DNA of 57,747 nucleotides, counting the filler, from Sphacelaria rigidula (lineage: Eukaryota), in the NCBI GenBank assembly GCA_964200075.2. It is 6 parts of 6 records of this genome, joined end to end, with 100 filler letters (N's around TTAATTAATTAA, not from the genome) between each part and the next. Parts side by side here need not be neighbours in the genome. Positions count along the whole stretch, not along the records: positions 1 to 9,544 come from CAXNAA020008261.1; positions 9,645 to 19,187 come from CAXNAA020008262.1; 4 more parts are not named here. One strand, 5' to 3'. Made by a program: the position numbers and the translations under genes. Each line of letters starts with the position of its first letter. Within the stretch, counting starts at the first letter, position 1. Below, piece by piece: positions 1 through 13,279 of this stretch. The notes under the pieces were generated by a model. It was not told the origin of the DNA and searched no databases. It saw nothing but the letters and a program-made list of their open reading frames with translations.

Positions 1-1545
1 CGAAAAACATCAACGAGTGCACTCGTCTCGACGAGTGATGGCTCGTCCGACGTATGCAAAATTGACAATAACTCACGAAGAAAGAAAAACAGGGGAGGAG
101 GGGGGTAAAAGGGGGTCTTCGCACATGCGTCCCGTACATCGTGGCAAAATTTCATCAAAAACGACTAAAAATTGAACCCGGGACTCGCGTGTCAAAATTT
201 CTGTTCGCATCTTGGGTGGCCAATCCTGTAGTACAACAGGCCTTAAATGTACGATGTGCTCGTTGTATAGTTCGTACTCGTACTGGTGTCAGGTCACGCG
301 AAATAATCAATACCGGTAAAATGGCGTCGCGGTCATGAATAATGGCTGCCTTCAGGGACGGTGCTCTAATATATAATATACTCCCTTGCGCAACCCGGGT
401 ACACGCCGTGTGAACGTCTGCATTCTGTGGGAATCGATCAGGACGATCGCGACGTGCTACAACTACAGATGACAGACGTCATCTTCACATACCACATGAA
501 AGCCAATTGCTCGTCTGCTACCCTATGTTTTTATATGTACCATCGACTGCTTTGGTCACCGTACGGTGCCGTACTACCATCTAGCACTGTACTGCTGGCC
601 GTCTGTTGCATGATACTCTCGGGCACACCGACTGTTGTCTACGATCATGCGGTTGGCGCATGCGTTTCGTGTGCACAAATCTCCAGTTACTTGCGATGTC
701 CAGAATCACCGACAACGACTGACGCAACAAACATTTCACGCCTGATTACCAATAGCGAATACCCAGCTAGTACGGCACAACCTGGCCACCTCATACGTGT
801 CGAAGGTTACATTCCGCACTGCTCTGTACCACCGTGTGTTGTACCTGCCGCCTGCTCGCAGCAACCATGTGCGGTCTTGAGCTGAGAACCGGTGTGCCCA
901 CGAAGGCTTGGCTATCCTTGGGTGAAACAGAAATCCCGATCAGAACAGCTATAGTGGAACATCTAGCACGTCGATATCCAGCCATGGCTCACTGTGGGGT
1001 ACGAACGATGCTCTACTGCAGGGCACGCGAGTCAATAGAGTGACGACGACCGCGACGGCGCCGTTGTGTGTGTTGTAATAATTAAATCAGATCGCGCGCC
1101 CAGTGTCGTGATAGCGACGTCTTCTCTTTCAGTAACGCATCCGCTATTGCCAGTATCCATGATTCTCGTGCCCACCTGGGCGCACAGCGCAGAGAAGATC
1201 TGCGATGCTCCTGAGATCTTCGGCAAACCGAAAAGGGACAGGCTGTATCTCAAAAGTAGCGGAAACCCCGGGGATTATCGCTCTGATGATTCAGCAGTGC
1301 GTTCTGACTTGCAGGCAAGAGGAAGCTTCTGGATTAAGCGCGTAGAAAATGACCAAGTGAAGCTTCGCGTAAGATCTTTTTGGGCCTCTCGACGTTGTCT
1401 CGACGCTTGCAACAAAGGTCGCAGCACTCTACCATGATCTTCTTGTGCCACTGAACTGAGCATATTTCCAACCACCCCTGTAATCCAGTATCACGCGGTC
1501 TGATACATATGAGTGACTCGAGTCTGGGTTTGCCACGGAACCTAG

Positions 1546-3789
1546 GTATCTGTCCGTGGATCTCGACAGGTTGATCTCATTATGCAAGAGGGTTCGCGAC
1601 GTCTTTCATCATCACCGCACGAGGGTATGATGAAGCACGAAATAGTGAGTGAGCAACAGCATGGGGCTGACGAGCGAGTCAGCAGCAGCAATAACGCCGA
1701 AAATATCATGTTGAAACACGGCTGCATCAACCAGAGCGAGACAGAAGTATCCTCCACTGCTGCCGCCGGAACAACAAAATGGGGACCCGACTCATTATCA
1801 GACACCCACGCGGTGAAACGTACAAGTACCAGGCGACGAGATTCTGCACCTCCACTTGCTACTGCTGCGCCTCCGGACAGACGCGGCGTACATTCCGGTG
1901 TGTCGGAGTCGCTGCGATGGCCGACGAAGCTATCCTCATCGTCTTCACGAAAAGAAGTCAGCAACAACGGTGGGAGAAGGATAAGCCTGCAGCAGTGGCT
2001 GTCTGTTGCCGTTAAAGCCAGGAAGGAGGAGTGGGGAATCCTTGTACCAGTAGACGCGGCGCTGTCCCCGATAGCGGACCAACGGCAGAACAGTCGACGC
2101 AGCAAGAGCAGCAGCAACAACGACAGCGAGAAGTCGAATATAAGAGTTACTTCCAATGAGCACGCCGATGATTTCAAAAAAAGGGGCACATCCTCATTCT
2201 TCCCAGAGGAGACACTACCGGTGAACATGATGGGGAAAGACGAAGATCTAGCCCGGAAGGACGGGGGTCCCGGTAGGAACAGAGAAGAAGAATTATTCGT
2301 TGGTGAGCATACCTATGCAGAGAGTGAGGAAGGTGCCCCAGCACTAGCAGCTGCTCGTGTTCACAGGGACTATGAAGCAGATGAAGAAAAAAGCGGTATT
2401 CGAAGCACCACCGGCGAGCGATATCCTGTTCAACCGCCACAACACCCAACGGCGACAGAAGTCGACCGCGGGCCATCGTTATTGATATCATCGTCGTCTT
2501 CGTCGTCGTCGTCGTCGATAACGTCGTCGTCATCTGCACGCAAGAATCTGAAACCACCACCGCCACCACTTCAGCAATACAGACAGGCGGAAACGGTAAC
2601 CTCTGCGGAAGAAAATAAACACGTGGAAACAAATAGCAGTGCGGTGTCAAAAAGTCAAGGCGACCACCACGTGAAGTTCTTGTCTGCCGCCGAAGAACTG
2701 ACGGTAGCCATCGGCGAGGACAATCAGCAGGGCTTGACTCCAAACGAAGATGCGGAGACGATGTATAGTCACCTTCCTGCATCACCTTGTAGCGGAGCTA
2801 TCTTGCCATTCTCCCCGCGCTACGCGACTCTCCAGAAATTTCGGAAGTACATGGCTTTACGCGGGATTGATGCTAAGGTAAAGGTACCGATGCAGTGAGC
2901 AAAGTCCACGAAACGTTCTGTATGTATTGCGCATAATTGTTGCCCAGGGTAATTATCCCTCTGCCTTTCCTTCTCCATGTGCCGCCGGGTCCCCTTGTCC
3001 TCCTCTCTGTCATTTTTCCTTCTCCGTTCTTTAATTGAGTCATGCAGCGGTAGGGTTGCACACAGCATTTATCGGATTAGATGTTAGGAGTCCCTTACCT
3101 ACTCCAAAAACAAAAACAAAAAATGAGAGCACACGACGATTAGCACTCCGATGCGCTAGGGATGTCTCGAATGAAATATAAAATGAGGATTTCCTGATCC
3201 ATATTCTTGTATAGCTCCCAACTTTGGGAGCCCATAAATGAGAAACATCTGGGCCCAAAGATGCCACCTCCACCGCGGCATGACTCGTTTTTCTGAGCTT
3301 CCAATGTTTATTCTTGATTCAAATGAGGTATAGCAAACTGCAGAACACAAGAGCAGCAAACACTTGCACTGTTCTGTATAATATCCAGAGGGTAAAACCA
3401 GCCAAACTTGCAGGGTCATCAATCATGTACAGTACAGACTGTGGGTAGAATGCATATCAAACCATACCGCCTACGGGTAGGATGCAGGTTACCCTCATTT
3501 CTATGTTGTACCTTTTAGACAGTACTTGTAGGTCACCTGGTAATTTTATTTCTGTGGTCTCAGACGGTAACCGAATGATATTTTTTTGTATTCAATAGTC
3601 TTGAAACCTTGATCGCGCCAACCTTCCCAAAAAAACATCGTCGCTACCATTTCCAGTTATTCCATGGCGGATGGAAGGGGCGAATATTCCCGCCGCGAAA
3701 AATCCGGATATTTATGACAGATCAAAGGGCAGATTCTATCGTCTGGTGGCGATACAGGAAAGACCAACACAGCCGTCGAACCGGTAGTG
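1546..3789 (+). CDS. Unknown protein, partial. Large Ser/Glu-rich low-complexity exon ~1546-2877 plus a probable small exon 3721-3789
   Basis: The 438-aa ORF 1582-2898 is preceded in frame by cctag|GTA and has a donor AAG|gtaaag at 2877. Candidate next exon gacag|ATC...GTG|gtgagc is 69 nt and in phase (IKGQILSSGGDTGKTNTAVEPVV). No domain recognised. Confidence 0.55.
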
Positions 3790-4114
3790 GTGAGCATAAA
3801 GCAGACTTGGGAGCGGAGGATCGTCGGGTGAGCGCTGACCATATCCATCAATCATACTTTGAACACCAAGTTCTCGTTCAATTGTGCGCTTGCTGGGTGG
3901 GGACATGTCAGCGTGGGGACCTGGCAGTCTTCAGTTCATGAGGCGCACCATTTCCAACCTGGTGGGTGTTCAAAATTTTGATGTTTCAAATCGACGTACC
4001 GTGCACGCATCGACTCAATAATCTGTAGGGCTGTTATGGACAGACAAAAAAAACTGAAGGGGTGGATCACGCAGCTGTGAACAGAATATACATGACCTCC
4101 CGCGAACGAGTGAT

Positions 4115-4342
4115 GCTACGGGAGGGATGCAGAAATATTTTCTGAGGTTTGAATTGTCAGGAGTCCTTCATCTCATCCAAAACACGACTTATGAAAATAT
4201 GCGAGAGTACGCCTGGATTACTTTTCCGATGTGCTGGGGATATCCTGAGTAAATCTGCAAACGGGGATGNNNNNNNNNNAGAATCGTTAGGAGCCCGTGA
4301 ACCAGACAAAATTTCGCGAAAAAAGTGCACCCCTACCGTAGC
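4115..4342. mobile_element. MITE-like element (family M2), terminal inverted repeat GCTACGGxAGGGxTGCA
   Basis: Ends gctacgggagggatgca and tgcacccctaccgtagc are imperfect inverted repeats. The interior matches the reverse complement of 16455-16700. Confidence 0.65.
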
Positions 4343-6624
4343 GTTGCTTGAACATAACCTTACGCACGCATGCACATACACGCACACATGGGCAAAAACG
4401 CACTGGAGGCACCTGGTCAATTCGACACTACTGCACCAAACCTTGACGTTGTGCGTCTATTGGGTGTGACCCGCACGATCGCGTGTAATGCCTACAGTAC
4501 TACTCGTATCGTACCGTGTTGTGCCCACAGCTGTGCTGTTCATGCTAGCCTTTGCCCTTCGACCCAGCTCAACAGGGGCGTCATGTACTCTGCTTTGACC
4601 CAGCGCAACAGAGGCGTCATGCACTCTGCCAGCAACGCGAATCATACCACGCAACATATCGAGGCGATAGAAAGAGAGCCTGCGGGTGGTATCGTTTCTA
4701 CTGGTATCCAGAGTAGGGTGCTAGTTTCGCTGTTTGCTATTTTGCATTCATCCGAAATTTTGTTTTTCATGATACTGGTTATTCAACACTTCAGTCGCTT
4801 CAGGTTTTCCAGCACTGTTTTTGACCAAATAGCGACGGAACTCACCCCGAGCCTCCACCGATGATTTCTACAAGCTCGCAGGGGATCCTTGTCTACTTGG
4901 TTCGCTGTGCCAGGCAAAAGTAGGACTACAGCCTCCACAAGTCATGTTTTCGCATCTAAAACAAATCTTGAAAATGATGTTTGTTTTATCCAACTCTTCG
5001 AGAGCTTCCCGATACTAAAATCTAGCTGATATCCGATTCAGACCTTGCGCGTACGAAAGAGTAACGCTCAACGTTGCGTGATTTTAGCATATGGGCGAGT
5101 TGAAAAAGACACATCTAAGGCATCGGTCAGGCATTGGCTGATAGAAAACGTTTCATCGAGGGACTGTCGCAGTTTCTGGGAAGACCCACGGGGCAATGTG
5201 TTCTGTATCGACGTGCTGCACTGCCCACCCTATCGGCCGCCTTACGTCGATGCTACTCGGTAGCAGTCGATCAAAACCAAAATACGATTTCGACTCACGG
5301 AGCGCTGCGAGGTAGGTCCGGAGTAAGGGTGGGGCTGAAAAGCTAGACGGAGACCCCACCGCATCATAGCCGAAATAATACTTGTGCGACGGACCATGAA
5401 TGCCATCAGTCGGTCCCTGTCCAACGTAAACGAACCACAGGAGGTAAAATCACCGTGCCTCTGTCTCTGACATAGGTGATTCCCCTGCGGTCGCTGGCTA
5501 ATGTGGGCCCAGCAACCATTAAGGGTTCCGACGGGTGGGATCCGCTGTTTTTGTGGCGAAGAGGGCAAGCGCGTCGGAATCAAAAGAATGCAGAATCGAG
5601 CTGTACCGAGGAAAAAGAGATGATAGCAGCTGCGATCGACGAAGCCGTTCCGGTGCTAGCTCTAAGCTACTGGATAGACGGGAGTCCAAGGTAAACTACG
5701 GCGTACTTATTTACCTCTGTTATAGCAGGGAACTAAATAGGAACGTTGCAATCAAAACGCGCCGATCCCTTAACATAAACTTCACGGCGCAGAATGATAC
5801 CCTGAGCGATACGGGGGGGGGGGGGGGGGGGGGTAGGGCCCCGACACCAGAAAAAAAAAAAGGCCCAACAAAATTCTAACCAAAACTGGTTTTAAGAAAA
5901 ATTAGAAAATAAAATAANNNNNNNNNNGTCTCGCGAGCGGGTGCGGGAGGAGCGGGCGGGGGGGGAGGGGGTTGGGGGGGGGGGCTATGCAGCTGACACC
6001 AGAAGAAAAATAGTGACCATCAAGATTCGACGCTAAACTGGTTTTACGGAAAATTAGGAATTCAAGTGACGTATCACGTCTGTCGTTGCCAATTTCACCG
6101 AAGAAGAAGCAGGACTATATGCTCTGCTATTTTCACTATCAATCGTGCTGCGCTGATCGCTTTGAGGATTGAAGTGCGGACCCCATGAAGTACTACTAGT
6201 ACCGTACCAAGGAGCCGTACAGTTGGATATATATATGTATAAATAATGTATCATGACAATGCTACCGGGAAACCTATCCGCTAGAGTGGATTTCCACTTC
6301 CGAAATCGGCCATGGACCCTGCCTCCAGAGGTCGAAGCAGCGGACAAGCCCCCCCCCCCCGCCTCCTCCCTGTTTCCCACTCCACAGCTTACCCGCTATC
6401 GCCAAACAGTTTCACGTCCACGTTTTCCCGTCTACAACTCTCTGCGTTATGTCGGTGCTGCGGACGCTTTAGGTGGCTAGGCGACATACCGGCAAAACTG
6501 TTGGTGAAGCCTGATCGCTTGGACGACTTCCATCTCCTGGTTAACGGGTTGCGGGTTTCTTGCCTGCATTTTCATAACAACGCCTGGCCTCAGGACTTAC
6601 AAGACATGTCGTGAAGTATGGGGA

Positions 6625-6653
6625 CACACACACATATATTTCACACATACACA

Positions 6654-6684
<31 letters not shown>
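6625..6684. repeat. (CA)n microsatellite
   Basis: Imperfect ACACAC run. Confidence 0.9.
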
Positions 6685-7529
6685 TGTTCGCCGTTTCCCG
6701 GGGAAGATGCTTCGGCGTGGATCGCCGGGAGTGTCGAAACAGGCCACGTGGTACGGTGGAGTGAATGTGAGGAGTCATCTGACTTCGTGCAATGGACACT
6801 AGATGGGTGTCTCCGTCGATCACCGGAACATCGTATGGCCCCGAGGGTCGACCAAAACAACATGGTATCAATTTCTGTCGCGTGTGTGGCAGCATTTAAG
6901 AATCGCGTCCCAAAACGCGGTACCCTTGGTCTCTGCCGATCTACCTACTGTATAAGACTACACGCTACCGCACATCTGGTTAAGTGGTTGGTCGTGAGTC
7001 CTCCTCAATGCCTATACGCCACGCACATGCACTGCAGTTGGGTTATTTTACGGTCACTCGGTGATAACCCAAATGTTTTAGACGTGGGCTGTACAGAAGC
7101 ACAGCGGGTATCGAGATGTCGACGTCTCCCATTACGTTTGTCCCGCTCATTATCGCATAAGCGTAGGTCTACCTTGAAGGGGATTACTCTGGCTCCTTTC
7201 GTTTCTTCGCGACATATACGAAGTCGATGTGTGCTGGGTATCTTCATCACAAATACGCAGAGCTTTCTCATCTGCGGTGACAGGACGTTTGTGGTAGCTC
7301 ATGTATTTCGATGCCCATCTTTACCTTCGTCTCGGCGAATTTTGATGGTCCCTACGAAATTGGAGCAAGATAGCAGTTGTTTCCGAGGAGAGGGTAAAGT
7401 GCCCATAGCGAAAGAGTCGCGGAATGGACAGTACAGACAAACGGACGGAAGAAATCGACCACCTCACTGTTGCCTCCACCGATACTCGAGGAAACGCCAT
7501 TGAATGCAAACGGTAGGTACAAGTTCGTG

Positions 7530-8560
7530 CGCCGTAGCGGGGATAAAGGGAGCATTCTCTCCGCCATCTGTTCGGCGCGTTCGATGACAGAGGGGTCGAG
7601 TGTAGGCGAGATTGCGATCAGAAGCCTTTCAAACCACTCCTTCCACCGCTGTAGACTAGCTTGCTTGTCCCGCAACAACTCGCCGGCCGAGCTCCTGATG
7701 TAGGTTGAGCCACACACCCCTCTTCCGACCCAGTTCCAAGGACCTGGTGTGTTGGTACAGTCATGACTGGTCCTTCTTGAGACCACACTCGGCTGTCCTG
7801 ACCGTGAACTCGTGTATGAAGTTCTGCGGTTCAGCGCCCTTCTCCCGCTTGAACACCTTGTCTGCCATCTTTAGCGCCCTTGCCAGGACACGGTCGTTGG
7901 GGCTGGCGTGTGGCTTCTCCCATGCACGCTCGCTGATATCCCATGCCTTTTGGGGGCGATCCTAAGCCTGTGGCGACTCACTGTCATATCTATATGGGAG
8001 GATATTCGGGCAGCGAGAGAGTGTATCGGTGGCCATATGCCGTGCGGCGTTGGCGAAGGCAGATGCCATATCGTTGGCGTCCAGGACTGTGGTGGAGTCG
8101 GTGACATTCGGGAGCTCGGTGACGATGGCCTGCGAAGCAATCGCTCTCCAGCGCTGGTCGGATGTGAGGACTTTCCGGGTGAACCGCCCTCCGCCGTCTC
8201 CGCCTCCCGAATTTGATCGGTGGTTGAATACGCTCTGTCCGACGAAACGGAAGGAGGCTAAGACCAGTTTATGATCCAGTTTCATTTCGGGGTGCACAGT
8301 GACGTTTCGGACGAGTTTTCGGTCTTGTTGACGTACCAGGATAGAGCCCAGGCGCCAGCGGTGTCCGGTGTTCGACCCCCTATATGTGTACGGGGTTGAG
8401 CTTACCCCGCTAGTTGACATGCCAAGATTATGTTGGTGATTGCCATTTCATGTTCTGCAGCGCATCTCAGCAGTCGCACGGCGTCATTGTTGAGGCCGTC
8501 TTCGCCATTGCTCATAATGACACTTGATATGTTGCTCAAAATACCCCGACGCCGACACTT
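7530..8560 (-). mobile_element. Degenerate non-LTR retrotransposon (RTE-like): APE endonuclease C-terminus and endonuclease-RT linker
   Basis: Frameshifted minus-strand peptides GEDGLNNDAVRLLRCAAEHEMAITN, TYRGSNTGHRWRLGSILVRQQDRKLVRNVTVHPEMKLDHKLVLASFRF (IDYIL and SDH motif equivalents) and IRSSAGELLRDKQASLQRWKEWFERLL..SPTLDP. Confidence 0.8.
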
Positions 8561-9399
8561 CGATCGTCCGTTCACTCTATTTATGTGGGAAATTGCAAGG
8601 GGTTTTGGGGGCACTGAAAGTATGGTTCAATCAAAATAATCGCAGAGGCATAGATGCCCTCCCGCACCCACGAGTCTAAAACAGAGTTTGTGTATTTCCT
8701 CTTGAACGGGGTTCCGCCGCGAGAGAAAGTGGTCCGCAAACATGATCTTCGAAATTGGGACGTCATAATAGAAGAGTAGTAGTAGAGGCGCGAAGGTTAG
8801 GTCAAACAATGTACTATTCGGTCTAGCGAGTCTGCCTTCGGCTTCCCGGTCGAGGTGGTCAGCATATGATCAAAAGTTAGTGTGCCGTACCTTTTTGAGG
8901 TCGTTCGTGCGAAGCGCCTTCGCGGTGACCTAAACTCGTATTGACTGCGGTTCTCACCGGCGAGCGCTTGAGACGTTACTAGATTCGGTTGACGGCATGA
9001 ATATTTATGCTGGCGCGTTCGCACGAGATGCTGTCAATAATCTCAAGTGAGGGCGGAGCATGCTTCTTCGAGGAAGCGGGGTGCAGGACGAAGGAGGACC
9101 CAGGGTAAAATATGGTGGGTCGGGGTAAGTGATGTAGAGAAGGTGGAGCTTCCGTGGAAACCTCAGCAGACGGGAGTGCGAGACAGCAAATCAGTTGCTC
9201 TCGACATCGCGATGGCAGCGGGTCAGGCCCACGCGCGACCAACATGTCGATGGTTCGTGTTGTTTCGAATCTCCCGTTTGAACGGGAAGCGAGGAAGGTC
9301 TTCTGCGTAGGCGATGTCGGGAGGGCGGGACATGTCGACCCACGCCTGCATATTGTGTTCGTATTTGTTCTTGCTGCTGCCGCTGTCGTTGTCGTGGTC

Positions 9400-9447
9400 G
9401 TCATCGCAATCGTGATCGCAATCGTGATCGTTATCGTGATCGTTATC
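9400..9447. repeat. (ATCGTG/ATCGCA)n hexamer microsatellite
   Basis: Direct reading of the tandem hexamers. Confidence 0.75.
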
Positions 9448-9544
9448 ACTGTTGTTGGTGTTCGTTGGTGGTGGTGTATTTCGCCAAAAGTTACACGGTT
9501 AGGACGAATCATCACGACTACGAATCACCAAATCCACGATTTCT

Positions 9545-9644
9545 NNNNNNNNNNNNNNNNNNNNNNNNNNNNNNNNNNNNNNNNNNNNTTAATTAATTAA
9601 NNNNNNNNNNNNNNNNNNNNNNNNNNNNNNNNNNNNNNNNNNNN
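9545..9644. other. Artificial contig spacer N44-TTAATTAATTAA-N44
   Basis: 100-nt linker carrying stop codons in all six frames. Identical linkers occur at four other positions. Confidence 0.97.
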
Positions 9645-9720
9645 TCCACCAACTTCGCGTCCCCCTCCCATGCTTCTCCTGCATATTCCAGCTTTGGTAC
9701 GATCACGTTCATCAGGGGTT
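9645..9720 (-). mobile_element. LINE RT C-terminal fragment
   Basis: MNVIVPKLEYAGEAWEGDAKLV is nearly identical to MSVLMPKLEYAGEVWEGNAKLM in the LINE near 31375-31440. Confidence 0.7.
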
Positions 9721-9930
9721 CTCCGTAACTATTTTCTATACAGATGCCCAGCATCCACATGATCATTAAAAAAGAAGTTTTGCATAGCGAGAAAGGAGTT
9801 GTTGTGAACCCCAAATGCGACATCATTCAACTCAGTCCACCAGCGGTGGGGTCGCTGTCCAAGGGTCACGACCAGGCAATAAACGGGGAAAATACTCCGC
9901 GGTGGACGGGCAAATACACTGTAAAATTTT

Positions 9931-10507
9931 CAAGGTTGCGTTCTGTAGGGTATGGTTTTCTGCATACCCGCGGTATTGTGACGGGTATTTGCCGTACGCG
10001 ACAGTTCTGTGACTTTTGTAAGACTTCCATACCGGTACCCGACAGTTCTATAATTTCTCCAAGACCTTCGTACCCTTACCCGATAGTCCTGTAATATCTG
10101 TACCACTTCCGTACCGTTACCGGGGGCACGGGTATGTCCTTCGTAAGATACCTTATTACGGGTACGGTTTTCTGTGCAACCTCCATACCCTACCCGACAG
10201 TTTCTGGGATTTCTGTAAGCCTCCCATACCCTTACCCGACAGTTCTGTGATATCTGTACAAATACTTGACCCTAACCCGAGGGGCGGGTATGCCCTGAAC
10301 AAGTTACCCAATTGCCGGTGCCGATTTCTGTAAGCCTCACATGCCGTACCCGACAAGTTCTGTACTTTCTGTAAGACTTTCATACCGTTACCTGACAGTT
10401 CTGTAAACTCTGTATGAGTTTCATACCAGTACCCGACAGTTCTGAAAGTTCTGTAAGGAATCTCACTCCCTGCAGAACGTACCCATACCTTCCAGAATAT
10501 AACCTTG
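9931..10507. mobile_element. Non-autonomous DNA transposon (family M1, hAT-like) with internal 41-bp tandem repeats
   Basis: Terminal inverted repeats caaggttgcgttctgtagggtatgg and ccataccttccagaatataaccttg. Internal unit GACAGTTCTGTGACTTTTGTAAGACTTCCATACCGGTACCC. A second copy lies at 46797-47293. Confidence 0.8.
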
Positions 10508-11639
10508 AAAAAAATAAATTTCGGACGAGTAGCCGTTTTTTATTTTAATTATTGTGATATCGCAGTATCAACTCTTCGGGAACCCATTGACGATTTCTTG
10601 TTCTTTTAAATCAACATCACTTTGACTTAAATAATGACAGAAAACGATGCCGATTCACAAAAGCAAAAATCGTCCATAGGTTCTAAAAGGCTGAACCCTT
10701 TGACCGCGAGGGTAGGTCACCTACTGAATCAGCATCAATATTCACCCGAGAAAAGTACGCATGATCCAGATTAACTACCCGCACTGCGGTCAAAAGGGTA
10801 AATGTGCATGTCACTGTGATCGAAGGTGGTCGGAACGATGGAGCTACGCCAACTTTGGCACGAGCCGACACGTCAGGATCCCAAGTGAACTCGAGCCTAA
10901 ACGTAACTGGGTGACCCCGACACGCTGAGACCGAGACTGCTTTTTTGAGGTTGTTGAAAGCAGAAACGGGTGCTTTCTCAAGACATAACACGGGTGGGAA
11001 GACAACGACCTATATGAAGGTGGGTGCGCACGTGTGAGAGGAGGGAGGAAGGAGATATTGTTCCGCAACCACCACCGTGATGACACATCCGCTTGGTGCC
11101 ATGCGCGCCCGAACGGCTATCCTTTACACAAGGGAACAAACACAGGGTGCCACGAATACTTGCACGAAAGACAATGAATCACTTCCGTCGTTCATCTGAA
11201 ACATCGACGTGGGCTAGCAATGTGACCCAAAGATGAAAAGCACGCGGGGCGTGATCGGACCACAATCAACCGTGCAAATAGACGAGAGGATTGGGGATTC
11301 CATGTTGGAGAAACTGGAAACACAACACGACGCAAAACGGTACGCACAAATGTGCACAAAATAGTGAATATCCTCCACAGCGAAATTGATTGGGTCAATC
11401 CTCATGCAGGCTCTTGGGTCGCTACATCTGGGTTTGGTAAACACCTCTGTGTAAAATACCTCTATTTTGATACATCGGCGCCGACTTTGGCGGAGTATGG
11501 CGGATCACGCCACCTCCGAAAGACCTGCTGTATCCCCACAGAGTAACCCAGCACACTTTGCCGATATTTCGTACGTGCAGCTTGGCTGTTGGCCGAACCG
11601 ACTATTTCTTCTGTGTGTGTGTGGGTGTGTGTATATTCT

Positions 11640-11989
11640 CGTCCCATCTATTTTGGACGCCGGTCTACACCTTTCGGTATAGGTCGGCGCATCAGCCGGG
11701 GTAACACAGGACGCACAGGAGGAGAGTCATTTCGGGACTTTTCTCTTTTTTGACTATGTTTTTAGTACTCTACCGTCCTTCTGCGGTGCCTGCCTTCATT
11801 TTTTATCGCGGGAGGGCTAAGCAGTCTTTTTCATTCGTCGACCGTCAAGTCGACTATTGTGTACCCACGACATAGTCGCTCTCCACGGTTGGACATGGTG
11901 TGATAAAAAAAACCCATTCGTTCCGAGATTTGAACCCACGACCCAACCGTCGGAGAGTTCCTCGGTTTCCAAATGAGCCACCGGGGCGA
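11640..11989 (-). mobile_element. tRNA-headed SINE-like repeat (family B)
   Basis: Minus-strand head tcgccccggTGGCTCATTTGG...gtgGGTTCAAATCtc has A and B boxes. The body is shared with 36855-37106 and 41345-41580. Confidence 0.75.
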
Positions 11990-12445
11990 TTGGCTTTTAC
12001 GACCCAAAATCTTCTGCTGAAAGATCGCACACAAGATCCGCAGGCTTTTCGACGATTGGGATCGAATAATACATGTTTCCTCCTGCCCAGAGTCAAACTG
12101 GGCGTAAGAAATACCTGCCACATGAGCTAGAGGTCTCCCTCCCAAGACTATCGTAAAGTTCCACCGAGGTGTGACGTGATCGCGAATTGTTTGGCCGTGT
12201 CACGCGTGACTGTCATTCGTCGTCACCGGGGTACACGGACGTCATGCAAGAGAGTTCCCACGGTTTCAAAGCTTGCCACGTCACTACTACCGTACGTGTC
12301 TAACGTGTATGCGGCGAATACCTGTTCGAAAGCACAAAGAAGTACGACGAGGATCTGTCTGAAACCAGGATGGTGGTAGGTTCCTTCGTCGAGCCTGCAC
12401 ATCGATACCGAAGATCCCGGTCATTCTCCGGTGAAGAGTCGTCCC

Positions 12446-12676
12446 ACGGTAGGGGTGCACAAATATTTTCCCGGCTAGCGTACTGGACTTGGATATATAG
12501 ACTCTCGTGCCCTCTCTTGAGGGCGGTTAGGACGAAGTTGTGTCTGACCGTGAGGTGATCCTGCCGCAGGCACATAAAAATTTCCAATAATTGTCGTTAC
12601 TTTGTCCACAACGCGAAAGTACCTCAGACCTCAGACAATTTTTTGGCCGAAACAGTGCACCCCAACCGCACGTAGC
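12446..12676. mobile_element. Diverged MITE family M2 copy
   Basis: Ends acggtaggggtgcacaaatatttt and gtgcaccccaaccgcacgtagc match the M2 termini. Confidence 0.5.
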
Positions 12677-12802
12677 TCGACTTTGTGGCATGAGCTACGC
12701 GTTACGTCTCACGTTTTCCCTCATAATTCGACAACAGTGACGCCACTTTGGGCGAAACTAGAATAACCCACACCCTGCACAATATGTGGTCAATAGAGGC
12801 AA

Positions 12803-12967
12803 TAGACGGAAAATGTACTGGGTAGAGTATAGGCCTAGTACTGACGAGGGACATTGTGTGCTCAATACATAGAGGCAATGGACAAAAAATGTACAGGGTA
12901 AAGTATGGGCCTACTATCGACAATGGATGCAATAGGCCTATACTTTACCCAGCACATTTTCTGTCTA
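12803..12967. mobile_element. Small MITE-like fold-back element with ~35-bp inverted ends and an internal extra copy of the left end
   Basis: tagacggaaaatgtactgggtagagtataggccta pairs with taggcctatactttacccagcacattttctgtcta. Confidence 0.6.
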
Positions 12968-13105
12968 ATTTGTGGTTTGCACGGGCTGCGTTCCCCTCTC
13001 GCTGCCTATTCAGCTGTGCTCACGAACTACGCCACGCTGCGAGTACAGGAGTCTAGGCTGTAACATCTCATCAACACCCGAAAACGCCTCTTTGAAGACC
13101 GTGAA

Positions 13106-13279
13106 CTAGATTCAGGAGGAAGTGAAAGTGCCGGAGAACGTTGGAACAGTAATCTCAGGTGATCTCATGAGATTACGCGCCAAAAACTTTCATCAGATGA
13201 TCAGGCCGTCCATACGTCTGCGGGCAATCGGCAATCTCGGGGTTATGTTTACGGTAATCTTTTCACTCCCTGAATCTAG
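13106..13279. mobile_element. Small MITE-like element
   Basis: Ends ctagattcagg(a..gtgaaa) and (tttcactc)cctgaatctag are inverted repeats. Confidence 0.5.

Noticed and set aside
5045..5694. Possible transposase relic
   Set aside because: Only short broken ORFs with no recognisable DDE or other motif.
9931..10507. CRISPR-like periodic array (also at 46797-47293)
   Set aside because: The units are degenerate tandem 41-mers without unique spacers, sit inside TIRs, and there are no cas genes in this eukaryotic context.
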